Shown: in pieces, positions 19,361 to 28,187 of the stretch | Layout of the letters: each line of letters begins with the position of its first letter | Numbering within the stretch: the first letter of the stretch is position 1 | Made by a program: the position numbers and the translations under genes | Virus record (IMG/VR): IMGVR_UViG_3300012950_000003 | Location: 1-60,067 of that record | From: a virus | Taxonomy: Duplodnaviria; Caudoviricetes | Length of the DNA: 60,067 nucleotides | Strand: one strand, 5' to 3' | The notes under the pieces: model-generated | What the model saw: only the letters and a program-made list of their open reading frames with translations | Told to the model about the DNA's origin: nothing | Database searches by the model: none

Positions 19361-19791
19361 TCGGCTTGTTCAGCGGTACATTGGCCAAAATCCAACAATA
19401 GGATTTTGTTTTCAGCGTCAAAGGTTAAGCCGCTTTTATCCTCAATGAAGGAGAAAACCATACCCCTGTTGGGGGGTGAAATTTTGGCCTTAGCCAAGAA
19501 CTGGGCAATACCCAAGGAGATAGAGGATTTACTGCGTGATTGATAGCGTTTGCCTGCCGCCCCCTTTTCCACTTTGGAGAATTTGACCATCAATTTCTTG
19601 TTGCCGTTCTCCTCTAATAAGTGGACTTTATACCAAGTGAAATCTCGCAAGGCTTGTACCGCTCGGCCTTTGATCCTCAGGAGTCCATGCGATGATCCAT
19701 ATAACCGGGCGCTGACAACCCCACCCGGGTGTCCGGAACGAAGTGGGGTTATCTCCTCGGAGTTTTCAAATTGTTTCAATAAGTCAGTCAT
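19321..19791 (-). CDS. Hypothetical basic protein
   Basis: AAGGA RBS, TAATG coupling. Confidence 0.65.
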   Translation of the reverse strand: MTDLLKQFENSEEITPLRSGHPGGVVSARLYGSSHGLLRIKGRAVQALRDFTWYKVHLLEENGNKKLMVKFSKVEKGAAGKRYQSRSKSSISLGIAQFLAKAKISPPNRGMVFSFIEDKSGLTFDAENKILLLDFGQCTAEQADWRKFGGNIRGQG

Positions 19792-20609
19792 TAGTTAGTC
19801 CTTTCGGCCAAGATTGCCATTTCGTCTATCACTTGCTGAATTTGTGGGGCGAATATACGGTTGAAGATACGTTGCAAATCCAAACTGCTACGGGCCATTC
19901 GTTGATAAGGGTATTTCTTATCTTGGAAATTCTGAGTGAAAGCCTGATGTAGTCGGTGTAGACTATACCCGTCATAGGTGAACTCTTCGTGCTTTGGCAC
20001 CCAATACTGGTGTTCCACGTTGGGAATAGCGGTATTGGCGATCACTTTCGCTCGGCTAGCTTCCATGATGATATGGTCGACCAGAATTTGGTGTTGGCTG
20101 TCAGTGTTTTCACTGTCGAGGGTGACCCGTTTGTAAGCGATGTGCATCTGTTCCTGATGCTTAACATACTGACCAATCTTGGTTACGGCATCACCTAACA
20201 AGTAGGGTAGTCGTGACATGATATGTTTGGTATGTTGGGTTTTATAAACTACCTCGCCGGTGATACAAGAGTTCAAGCAAACGGTTTGGATCTTACCAGC
20301 GGCCATTTTGGTAGCACTGGATTTGTCGTTAGAGTTGAAGAAGGTAACAGCGTTGTTGAAATCATCGTCCAGTTGGCTTTCAAACTGGTAGATGCCGAGC
20401 GCGCGCATATGATTATCAGTCATATGGAATTGGCTGTCTGTGATAGTGTGGCCCAATTCTTCGATTAGGGTTACTGTCTGCTGGTGCATGACTGAATGCG
20501 GTAAGGGCTTGAAATAACCGTCCGGATCGTAAGCCGGCAATTGGGCTTGGAACAGTTGCTCCAGCTCGACCCGTTGCTGGTTGCCGCTGTAAATGTTGAT
20601 TGATTTCAT
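19791..20609 (-). CDS. DUF932-like protein
   Basis: PLPH, NSNDKSS...AG...VCLN...HTK motif pattern. Confidence 0.7.
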   Translation of the reverse strand: MKSINIYSGNQQRVELEQLFQAQLPAYDPDGYFKPLPHSVMHQQTVTLIEELGHTITDSQFHMTDNHMRALGIYQFESQLDDDFNNAVTFFNSNDKSSATKMAAGKIQTVCLNSCITGEVVYKTQHTKHIMSRLPYLLGDAVTKIGQYVKHQEQMHIAYKRVTLDSENTDSQHQILVDHIIMEASRAKVIANTAIPNVEHQYWVPKHEEFTYDGYSLHRLHQAFTQNFQDKKYPYQRMARSSLDLQRIFNRIFAPQIQQVIDEMAILAERTN

Positions 20610-20836
20610 GGGGTCAAATCTCCTTGGCCTTTGGCTTGTTCAAAAGAACTCTGTTTCCAGTTTTCAGTCCAGTCTTTGAATAGTTGATAAGCTAACTTAC
20701 GGCTCAGTCCAAAAGTGTCTTGCAACACCTTTGGCGCACCGTACATATTTATACTCCCACCGGCTTGTAATCGGTAGAGGAACCTGTAGGTGGTCTCTCG
20801 CTCCTTGGGTCGTCCGAATTCTGTTTCAATCTCCAT
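20606..20836 (-). CDS. Small helical phage protein
   Basis: AAGGAGA RBS supports start MEIETE; LxRLxxxGxxNMYGA motif. Confidence 0.65.
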   Translation of the reverse strand: MEIETEFGRPKERETTYRFLYRLQAGGSINMYGAPKVLQDTFGLSRKLAYQLFKDWTENWKQSSFEQAKGQGDLTP

Positions 20837-20865
20837 TTTTATCTCCTTGTTCATAATCTTAAATT

Positions 20866-20928
20866 GTGGTTGCCCACGACCCCGTGAGGGGTTTCGGCCA
20901 GTTACCATCTGGCACTCGTTCAGGCGGG
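20866..20928 (-). ncRNA. Type I hammerhead ribozyme-like RNA (variant core)
   Basis: CCCGC-CUGAACGA-GUGCCAG-AUGGUAA-CUGGCC-GAAA-CCCC-UCAC-GGGG-UC-GUGGG-CAACCA: three stems, GAAA and GUC site, loop II pseudoknot partner. Confidence 0.75.
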
Positions 20929-21222
20929 AGTCAAACTGGTATCAAGAACCAGATCGTCACCATTAAACTCCCAAACCAAATCGGTTCCGGACTTTCTTAC
21001 GAACCAGTCAAAATCTTTCTGCCACAAGATATATGGCAGATTAAACTCTTGGAATGCCTGATTGATCCGCCGCTTAGTGGTGACCGTGAAATAGCCGTTT
21101 GTTCGTAGGGTGATGGTATGCTTGTCCAAATTTAAGTTGAAAATCTCGGTGTCGTACAAACTGACAGCGATGCCGTTGTCAGTGCTATAGACTTTGGTCT
21201 TCTTCTTCTTTCGTAGTTCCAT
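20920..21222 (-). CDS. Hypothetical protein
   Basis: AGGAGAC RBS; stop codon lies in the hammerhead CUGA. Confidence 0.7.
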   Translation of the reverse strand: MELRKKKKTKVYSTDNGIAVSLYDTEIFNLNLDKHTITLRTNGYFTVTTKRRINQAFQEFNLPYILWQKDFDWFVRKSGTDLVWEFNGDDLVLDTSLTPA

Positions 21223-21249
21223 TATCTTGTCTCCTTGTTGACTCTACTC

Positions 21250-21492
21250 TTACGGGTAAAGGTGGTGCTCCCGTCCCAGCTCGTCGGTCAGCTCGACACC
21301 ATCGTCCAAATAGAAATCTTGGCGGACAATCCAGTCGAGCATCATGTTGTCGGCCTCCAGCTCGGATCGCTCCGAGCAATTGGTCACGACACAGCTCCAA
21401 TGTTCCTGACCTGACGGATCGACCAGCACTTGGCGATACCTCTCATGCGGTGCCCATCCTATAGCTGACTTTCGTTTGATTCTCAATTCCAT
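21250..21492 (-). CDS. Hypothetical protein
   Basis: AGGAGACAGAATAATG junction. Confidence 0.7.
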   Translation of the reverse strand: MELRIKRKSAIGWAPHERYRQVLVDPSGQEHWSCVVTNCSERSELEADNMMLDWIVRQDFYLDDGVELTDELGREHHLYP

Positions 21493-21710
21493 TATTCTGT
21501 CTCCTTGATTCTGGCCGCTTTGATGAGAGTGATTTCATTCTCATCTTCTGCGTTGTTTCCTACGTCATTGCACAGTTCAAACCATTGCTCGTCCGTGAAT
21601 TTATAGGCTCGAACTATCTCCATAGCTTCTTTCTGGTTATTGGCTACAATGTCGAAGTCCGCATACCAGTGTTTCGTGAATTTGAATTTAACATTGTAGG
21701 CGCGTCCCAT
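21492..21710 (-). CDS. Hypothetical protein
   Basis: AGGAGACAGAATAATG junction. Confidence 0.7.
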   Translation of the reverse strand: MGRAYNVKFKFTKHWYADFDIVANNQKEAMEIVRAYKFTDEQWFELCNDVGNNAEDENEITLIKAARIKETE

Positions 21711-21883
21711 TATTCTGTCTCCTCTGCATTGGCCGTAATGGCATCAATATCGTTTTGGGTAAGTTTGATCCCGACATAGTCGGTATAATCAAGGACGAAG
21801 CTCAAAGCGACTTCATGGTAGCCGCTCTCTTTGAGGCCACCCTTGTAGATTTGAGTGGCCTTGTTGAATTGTTGATTGGTCAT
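21710..21883 (-). CDS. 57-aa hypothetical protein (not in ORF track)
   Basis: MTNQQFNKATQIYKGG...AEETE*; AGGAGG RBS; coupled at both ends. Confidence 0.65.
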   Translation of the reverse strand: MTNQQFNKATQIYKGGLKESGYHEVALSFVLDYTDYVGIKLTQNDIDAITANAEETE

Positions 21884-22113
21884 CGCCGGCCTCCTTGAAG
21901 TGGTAGCAAGTATTGGTCATCCTCTATATAGAGGTCGGTTTTCCGATCATAATAGCGACCCTCTTTCGGATCGTAATAGAGGGTTCTGCCGTTATCGGCA
22001 AAGTACCACGGCCCTTCCATTCCTTCGATGGGCGGGTATTCCTTCGGGTCGATAAGGTTGGTGCCGATCACTTTCCATGACCGGCTGTTGCTGAACGTTG
22101 CTGTCAATCCCAT
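21880..22113 (-). CDS. Hypothetical protein
   Basis: AGGAGACAGAATAATG junction; EGP...LYYDPKEGRYYD motif. Confidence 0.7.
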   Translation of the reverse strand: MGLTATFSNSRSWKVIGTNLIDPKEYPPIEGMEGPWYFADNGRTLYYDPKEGRYYDRKTDLYIEDDQYLLPLQGGRR

Positions 22114-22126
22114 TATTCTGTCTCCT

Positions 22127-22621
22127 TTATCCTAACCGGCTTTGCTGTTGTTGCTCTTTGACCGAATCGCTTCCGAAAGTGTCTCTGATCTTGTTCATGT
22201 CCCACGACCCTTTGGATCGACTTCGGTACTGTTTTGGTTTCCAGTACCACATCAATTTCTTTGAGTGCCACCTGTAACTGGATTTCTTGAGTGCATCCTT
22301 ACAAGGTTTGGTGTTGCCACTGACCCATATATAAATGCCGCAGACCTCTATATTAAGGTTGAGGTGTACGATCTCGTTAATGGCATCCATGAACATTTGC
22401 TCACCGGCCCATGTAGCGGTTTCAGCCCACTTACGTTCAAACCCGTTATCGCTGGAGGCCGCTTTGGTCTTCCATGCAAACCAGCCCATCTCGTATTGAG
22501 TGTTGACCTCTTGCATTACCTCTTTATTCCCACCTTTGTCCGGGTGGTGGATAATAGCTAAGGTTTTGTAACGCTTCTTGAAATCCTCTAAACTTTCGCA
22601 TCCTTGGAAATAGTTGTTCAT
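22127..22621 (-). CDS. J-domain (DnaJ-like) protein
   Basis: KKRYKTLAIIHHPDKGG...MQEVNTQY with HPD motif. Confidence 0.85.
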   Translation of the reverse strand: MNNYFQGCESLEDFKKRYKTLAIIHHPDKGGNKEVMQEVNTQYEMGWFAWKTKAASSDNGFERKWAETATWAGEQMFMDAINEIVHLNLNIEVCGIYIWVSGNTKPCKDALKKSSYRWHSKKLMWYWKPKQYRSRSKGSWDMNKIRDTFGSDSVKEQQQQSRLG

Positions 22622-22630
22622 AATAGCCCC

Positions 22631-22990
22631 CTAGTAGTCAGTGCCTTCGACGGTGAGGTTATCCAAGCCGGAAGAAGTCTCGCAGTAATCTATTTCGCCC
22701 TGATCCTCGGCTAGCTCCTCTACCATCCCTATCCAGAGGTCATCGCTTTCTGGATAATGTTTCTCAATCAGTTCGCCTAACCCTTCAACATCCTCGTCGA
22801 GCAATTCTGGGAACTGATCTCGGTCGATATCTTCAGTGTCAAAAGCGTCGGGGTTGGCTTTGGCTAATTTCCAAAGTTGGGTCAAGAACTTATCGTAATC
22901 GGTACGCTGCTCGATTTCGTCTAACAAGTCGTAGAAGTCGTACTCCTTCGTGCAGTTGAATTCCTTGACTACGGTGAATTCTAAATACAT
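22631..22990 (-). CDS. Highly acidic protein
   Basis: About 36 D/E versus about 8 K/R in 119 aa (hand count); GAGGAG RBS. Confidence 0.7.
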   Translation of the reverse strand: MYLEFTVVKEFNCTKEYDFYDLLDEIEQRTDYDKFLTQLWKLAKANPDAFDTEDIDRDQFPELLDEDVEGLGELIEKHYPESDDLWIGMVEELAEDQGEIDYCETSSGLDNLTVEGTDY

Positions 22991-23008
22991 CTTATCTCCT
23001 CGCTAAAT

Positions 23009-23917
23009 TTATAGTGCCAACTCGTTTAATTGGTCGGCCATCTCTATCATTAAGTGGCAATCAACTAACCTATCCAACCATCTTTGGGGGATACCCGACA
23101 TACCGTAATGGGCACCGGCTATCTGTCCGTAAACGGCTCCCACCGTATCGCTGTCATCGCCTAAATTGGCTACTTTCAATGCACCTTCCTCGAAACTGTC
23201 GGTGCTGAAAAATCCCCACAAGGCGGCTCTGAGTGTGTCGACTACATACCCACTTGACTCTATATCAAGTTCGTTGGTTTCGGCTAACCAGTAATGCCAA
23301 TCCGGGTCGTCTCCTAACCCATAATCTCTCAACTCGTTAGTCGGATAATCTTCCCCGTTAATGGCTTTGTATAAACATCGTCCTAACTGCTGACTGGCTG
23401 TCAAACAAGTTGGGTGGGCGTGGGTTAGTTTGGATTGCATCTGACTTAATGCTGAGGCTTGGTCTAAAGTCTTGGCCGCAATAGCCGCTGGTGCTAACCT
23501 CATTATTGAACCGTTGGCTTGGGTGAACTCGCCGTTATTCTCTTTGACCTCACCTGTCATCTTAAAATGGTGTAGGCTATCAGCGGTGGTCGTGCCGATG
23601 TCGAAACAGTAGCCTTTGACGCTGAACTTGCCGTTATCCGACCAGTCGATCCATCTCTGCATAACGTCCTGTTGGTCGAACCCTTGTTTCAGTATCAATG
23701 ATTCGGCTAAACAAAGTGCCATGCTGGTGTCGTCTGTCCATTCACCCGCTTTCAACTTAAAAGGGCCACCGCCAACCATATCGACAATCTCCTCGAAATG
23801 ACCTCTAACTTTGAATTCGTTAGTAGTGCCAACGGCATCACCAACGGCTAATCCAACTAATGCGCCTCGGGCGCGATCTCTCTTTTCTTTATTGGCTTGT
23901 AGTCTCATTACCTTCAT
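23009..23917 (-). CDS. ADP-ribosylglycohydrolase (DraG/ARH family)
   Basis: GLAVGDAVG, WTDDTSM, DIGTTT, NGSIMR, GDDSDTVGAVYGQIAGA motifs. Confidence 0.95.
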   Translation of the reverse strand: MKVMRLQANKEKRDRARGALVGLAVGDAVGTTNEFKVRGHFEEIVDMVGGGPFKLKAGEWTDDTSMALCLAESLILKQGFDQQDVMQRWIDWSDNGKFSVKGYCFDIGTTTADSLHHFKMTGEVKENNGEFTQANGSIMRLAPAAIAAKTLDQASALSQMQSKLTHAHPTCLTASQQLGRCLYKAINGEDYPTNELRDYGLGDDPDWHYWLAETNELDIESSGYVVDTLRAALWGFFSTDSFEEGALKVANLGDDSDTVGAVYGQIAGAHYGMSGIPQRWLDRLVDCHLMIEMADQLNELAL

Positions 23918-24056
23918 TACCTTCCTCTATGCGTTGTTCCATGATGGATTGAAAGAGGTCTTTGATCTCTTTTTCCCATTGGCTGTGATCCTCTCGCACT
24001 TGAACCACTTCGGCTAATAAATCATCAAGAGTTGTTGTGGGTTGGTTGTTCATCAT
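23889..24056 (-). CDS. 55-aa hypothetical protein (not in ORF track)
   Basis: MMNNQPTTTLDDLLAE...ETTSQ*; AGGAGAC RBS. Confidence 0.5.
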   Translation of the reverse strand: MMNNQPTTTLDDLLAEVVQVREDHSQWEKEIKDLFQSIMEQRIEEGNEGNETTSQ

Positions 24057-24301
24057 TATTTGGTCTCCTCTATAAAAATCCCATTTTCATAAGCCTCGTC
24101 AATCGAGGCTTGCCCGGTCAACTGAAGGGCTTCGGCTAAAGTGAATCCCTCGATGTCACCGTTGTCATCCCGGACATAATCGTATACCCCATGCCCTTCA
24201 GCTACGGTGTAATACGCTTCTGTCATCATATACATGACTTCTATCTTTCGTTTTCGTTCCTCGAGCCAACTTGGAATTGTGCTTGCGGTTAAGATGATCA
24301 T
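24056..24301 (-). CDS. Hypothetical protein
   Basis: AGGAGG RBS, TAATG coupling. Confidence 0.65.
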   Translation of the reverse strand: MIILTASTIPSWLEERKRKIEVMYMMTEAYYTVAEGHGVYDYVRDDNGDIEGFTLAEALQLTGQASIDEAYENGIFIEETK

Positions 24302-24447
24302 TATTTGGCCTCCTTTTTGGCTTGGGCTTCGGCATAAACTCTAGCCCGGATTTTGCTAATTCGTCTACTGGCTTCGGCGAATGCTTCTCGTACACCGCCC
24401 ACCGATTTGGGGTACCGTTTGACCGTTACTCGTTGGGTTCTATTCAT
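24301..24447 (-). CDS. 48-aa basic protein (not in ORF track)
   Basis: MNRTQRVTVKRYPK...KKEAK*; GGGGAG RBS; ends in the junction motif. Confidence 0.55.
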   Translation of the reverse strand: MNRTQRVTVKRYPKSVGGVREAFAEASRRISKIRARVYAEAQAKKEAK

Positions 24448-24679
24448 TGTTTGATCTCCCCAAAAATTGCTGGTTGTAAACTCTATCTGGCACTGATATG
24501 GTTACCGTTTCCAGTTCCAATATTAGTTGGCCTAACTTGGTGGTTCGGCAATAATCGCCGAGCGTTTCCGTCACTAACTGGCGTGACCTTAAATTTTGGT
24601 AGGCTTGACCGCTGGCTAAAGTGGAAGTCAACTGACCCGTCTCCAAAATTCGTCTTTCTTCTGGGCTTAAACTGTTCAT
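24440..24679 (-). CDS. First early gene, hypothetical (wHTH-like possible)
   Basis: GGAGACAGGA RBS directly after the leftward promoter. Confidence 0.6.
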   Translation of the reverse strand: MNSLSPEERRILETGQLTSTLASGQAYQNLRSRQLVTETLGDYCRTTKLGQLILELETVTISVPDRVYNQQFLGRSNNE

Positions 24680-24713
24680 CTATCCTGTCTCCATCTCTTT
24701 TTATTATGCTTGT

Positions 24714-24742
24714 ATTATAACTGAATATAACATCAAAAACAA
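24714..24742 (-). promoter_or_regulatory. Leftward early promoter (copy 1)
   Basis: Minus strand TTGTTT-17 nt-TATAAT. Confidence 0.8.
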
Positions 24743-24814
24743 GGAAAAACATAATAAAAGTAAGGAAAAACCTAAGAAAAGTGATGTTTTTTGTGAGGAA
24801 AGTGATGTTTTTCT

Positions 24815-24844
24815 TTGACTTTCGGTAGGGTTTGAAAGTACAAT
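24815..24844 (+). promoter_or_regulatory. Rightward promoter
   Basis: TTGACT-18 nt-TACAAT, preceded by AAAGTGATGTTTTT x2 (24778, 24799). Confidence 0.65.
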
Positions 24845-24867
24845 ATAAGCAAAGTTAAAAATGGGGG

Positions 24868-25197
24868 ATGATGATGAAAATGGTGCGTTTTCGATCCGAC
24901 CGTTTACGTGGATATGTTGAACACGGCTGGATGAAAGAATTGTCGGGGAAGATGGGAATTGCTAGGAGTCAGTTGATGCACCGCTTGAGCGGAGAGACTC
25001 GTTGGCAGATTTCTGAACTCAACCCGGTTTTGAAAGGCATTAACGAGTTACGACAGAAATATTTTGGCGATGGCGTTTCTTTGGTAGATATTGATGAGAT
25101 CTTGGAATTTAGAGAGGTGCCGATGGAGGCTGTCCAAATATCGTTGCCGCAGATAGCCGAACCCGTAGGTTCGGATACTAACCCCGGTGAGGCTTAA
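24868..25197 (+). CDS. Cro/XRE-like HTH regulator
   Basis: MKELSGKMGIARSQLMHRLSG HTH pattern; first gene at the divergence point. Confidence 0.7.
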   Translation: MMMKMVRFRSDRLRGYVEHGWMKELSGKMGIARSQLMHRLSGETRWQISELNPVLKGINELRQKYFGDGVSLVDIDEILEFREVPMEAVQISLPQIAEPVGSDTNPGEA

Positions 25198-25234
25198 AGA
25201 GTTGGACCGGGCGGGTTATGTAATTAGAAGCATG

Positions 25235-25263
25235 AAAAAAGCCCGAACAGTATGGGTTCGGGC
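25235..25263 (-). terminator. Hairpin with minus-strand U tract just upstream of the primase RBS
   Basis: AAAAAA-GCCCGAAC-loop-GTTCGGGC. Confidence 0.5.
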
Positions 25264-25277
25264 CAAAAGGATGGATA

Positions 25278-28187
25278 GTGAATTATACCACATTTCCTGA
25301 TTCTGGACAAGCAGTCCAAGCCATCAAAGAGACGGTGGACTTGACAGAACTGGTATCCAGAGATGAAACCCTAACTAATAATTTCGGTGCACATGCCAGC
25401 AAACATGCTTCCAAAAATGGGAAGTGTTTGCATATCACGCCGGAGAAACAGCTTTGGCAATGCTTCTCCTGTGGGAAAGGTGGCGACATCTTTTCATGGG
25501 TGATGGATCGTGACGGTTGTGAATTTCCGCAAGCTGTCGACTGGATCTGCCAAACCTACAATCTAGCCCACCCCACCCTCGACTCGGAACAGTGGGAACA
25601 GCAAAAGATGGCTCGGCAAGAAGCCGACCTGATCCGGCCCATTACCAAGCAGGCTTGCCAGTGGTATCACTCCCAACTGAAACCGATGCCGCATTTGATC
25701 TATTTGCAACAACGGGGTTTGAAACAGGAAACTATTGACGGCTTATTGATCGGTTACGCTCCGGACCGGAGCAATGGTCTCTACAGCCATCTGCAACAGA
25801 AATTTGGTTATACCGATGACCTGTTGCTCAAGACCGGCCTGTTTTACCGCAATGATAACGGCAAGCCGACCGACCGTTATCGGGATCGCTACATCTTCCC
25901 TTATTGGCAAGCCGACCAGATCCTGTTCTCTATCGGGCGTAGCACCCAAGATGATGAGCCGGACAAGAAATACATTAAGCACCTGACTAATAGTGAACGC
26001 TACCCGTTCGTCAGTGCCAGTGCTGTCCAGAACACCATTTATGGTACTGACTCAATCAAAGACGCTAACCAGCTAATTATCACCGAAGGTATCGTCGACG
26101 CTATTTTGGGTATCCAAGCCGGCTATTCGATCCTATCACCGGTTACTGTCCGTTTCAGCCAGAATCAAGTCCAGCAATTGGTTAAGTTGGCCGAAGGCGC
26201 ATCCACCGTCTATATCATCAACGATAACGAGGAATCGGATGTTGGTCTCAAAGGTGCCTTAGCCACGGCCGAAGCTCTGCATCGGCAGGGCAAAGATGTG
26301 CGGTTGGTGACTTTACCTCGCGACAGCCATCAAGAGAAAGTGGATCTAGCCGATTTCCTGCAAAGCGAGAAAAATTTAGAGCCGATACTGAAAACAGCAC
26401 CCGGTTACCTGAACTTCAAGATCCGCCAACTCCACCAGTTCGATGGGGCTGAACGGCAACGGTTATTGAAACAGACAGCCCAACTGATGTCCCGACTACC
26501 CTCTTTTGAACAGGAACCTTATATTCAACAGGTTGTTGATGAAAATCTGATGGCCAAACGGCCTTTCCAAGCCTTGTTGAAACAGGTAGTGGTGGAGGAG
26601 AAACAAGAACAGGCCCAAGAACGGGAACAGGAAGCTCGTCGCAATATGGGCCATGTTGAGTTCTTGCGTTGGCAAGTAAATGAAATCCGCCTTAACGAAG
26701 ACAAGCTGAAAGATTTCATGGTCAAACGTAGCGTTAGCGGCCTGATCCTAGAGGACATGAAACAAGTGGGTCAATTACACCTGACCGAGGAGGGCGGTCA
26801 ATACTGGTTCAATAAGGAGAACAATAAGCTCTACGAAATCCAGCAGGATTCAGTTGAGTTCCGAACTCTCCTCGATAAGCGGTACGACATCAATGCCAGC
26901 GAACGGGAATACGATTTCGTCTTTCAAGCGGTGCAAGCCCAAACTCGAGCCCACGGCCTAAAAACCGAGGTTCACCGTTTGAGCCATTTCCTAGAAGGTA
27001 AAGGACTCTACATTCACAACCAAGACAACCAGATCTACTATTTGGACGGTGAAAAGGTGGAATTGGTGCCTAACGGTACGGATGGGGTCTTGTTCTTGAG
27101 TAAACAAGGTCATCAACCTTTTACTTATCGGCCCAATACACCAACCCAATATATGAAGCCGATGCTGGTCGAGAATATCAATTTCGATGAACACGGCTCC
27201 AACTTGGAAGTCTTCGACCAGCGACTGGTATTCGAGATCTGGCTCAAATCCTTGTTCTTCGGTAACTTGCAGAAAACCAAACCGATCCAATGTTTTATCG
27301 GCGAGAAAGGTAGCGGTAAAAGCTACTGCCAGAAACGGGTCGGCATGTTCCTGTTCGGTGAACATTTTTACGTTGACATCTTGGATAAAAACCGAGAGGA
27401 CGCCTTTATTGCTACTGTCACCAATAACGCTTTCTGCGCCTTCGATAACGCCGACGATCATATCGGTTGGCTACCTACCCGATTGGCCCAGATAGCTACT
27501 GGCGGTCAAATCACCTTGCGTAAATACTATACCGAGAATCAAGAATCCGTTTATCATCCCAAATGTTTTGTCAGCATCAACGCCCGTACGCCTAACTTCA
27601 AACGTGACGATGTGATGGACAGGTTGTTGCCGTTCAAAGTCAAACGGTTCCAGAGCTTTATAGCTGAAAACCGACTCACCCCTCAACTGCTGGAAGCCCG
27701 CGACCTGATCTGGAGCGACCTGATCGACCAGCTGAACCCGATAGTCAATTACCTGCTACACGATGATGAGGCAACCCTTGATACCAATTTCCGACTAGCT
27801 GATTTTGCTCAGTTCGGCTGGAAAGCGATGCGGTCTCAAAAGCAGTCAGCGGATCAACGCCAAGAAATGGGTGACTACTGGCTGGAAATTCTAGACAAAT
27901 TAAGTCAAGCCCAATCGGAAGAACTGCTAGTCGAACATCCCATATTCATGTGCTTGGAACAGTGGATGGAAAATGAAGATAATCACCGTAAACAGGTATA
28001 CTCCAGCCAACTATTCCAAGAATTGGCCGAGATATCCGAAAGCTATAGCCTCGGCCTACCCTACCGAAATGCCGCCACCTTCGGGCGCCAGTTAGTTCAA
28101 ATCCGTAATAATCTAGAACAATATTATTCGATTCGAGTTGCCAAAAACAATAACAAGACCTGTTACTCTTTTTCCGTTTTGCCCTAA
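25278..28187 (+). CDS. DnaG-type primase fused to P-loop helicase/ATPase
   Basis: Zn-binding region (H...WQCFSCGKGGD), YLQQRGL, IGYAP, TOPRIM (ITEGIVDA; DNEESDVG; DLADF), Walker A GEKGSGKS. Confidence 0.9.
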   Translation: MNYTTFPDSGQAVQAIKETVDLTELVSRDETLTNNFGAHASKHASKNGKCLHITPEKQLWQCFSCGKGGDIFSWVMDRDGCEFPQAVDWICQTYNLAHPTLDSEQWEQQKMARQEADLIRPITKQACQWYHSQLKPMPHLIYLQQRGLKQETIDGLLIGYAPDRSNGLYSHLQQKFGYTDDLLLKTGLFYRNDNGKPTDRYRDRYIFPYWQADQILFSIGRSTQDDEPDKKYIKHLTNSERYPFVSASAVQNTIYGTDSIKDANQLIITEGIVDAILGIQAGYSILSPVTVRFSQNQVQQLVKLAEGASTVYIINDNEESDVGLKGALATAEALHRQGKDVRLVTLPRDSHQEKVDLADFLQSEKNLEPILKTAPGYLNFKIRQLHQFDGAERQRLLKQTAQLMSRLPSFEQEPYIQQVVDENLMAKRPFQALLKQVVVEEKQEQAQEREQEARRNMGHVEFLRWQVNEIRLNEDKLKDFMVKRSVSGLILEDMKQVGQLHLTEEGGQYWFNKENNKLYEIQQDSVEFRTLLDKRYDINASEREYDFVFQAVQAQTRAHGLKTEVHRLSHFLEGKGLYIHNQDNQIYYLDGEKVELVPNGTDGVLFLSKQGHQPFTYRPNTPTQYMKPMLVENINFDEHGSNLEVFDQRLVFEIWLKSLFFGNLQKTKPIQCFIGEKGSGKSYCQKRVGMFLFGEHFYVDILDKNREDAFIATVTNNAFCAFDNADDHIGWLPTRLAQIATGGQITLRKYYTENQESVYHPKCFVSINARTPNFKRDDVMDRLLPFKVKRFQSFIAENRLTPQLLEARDLIWSDLIDQLNPIVNYLLHDDEATLDTNFRLADFAQFGWKAMRSQKQSADQRQEMGDYWLEILDKLSQAQSEELLVEHPIFMCLEQWMENEDNHRKQVYSSQLFQELAEISESYSLGLPYRNAATFGRQLVQIRNNLEQYYSIRVAKNNNKTCYSFSVLP

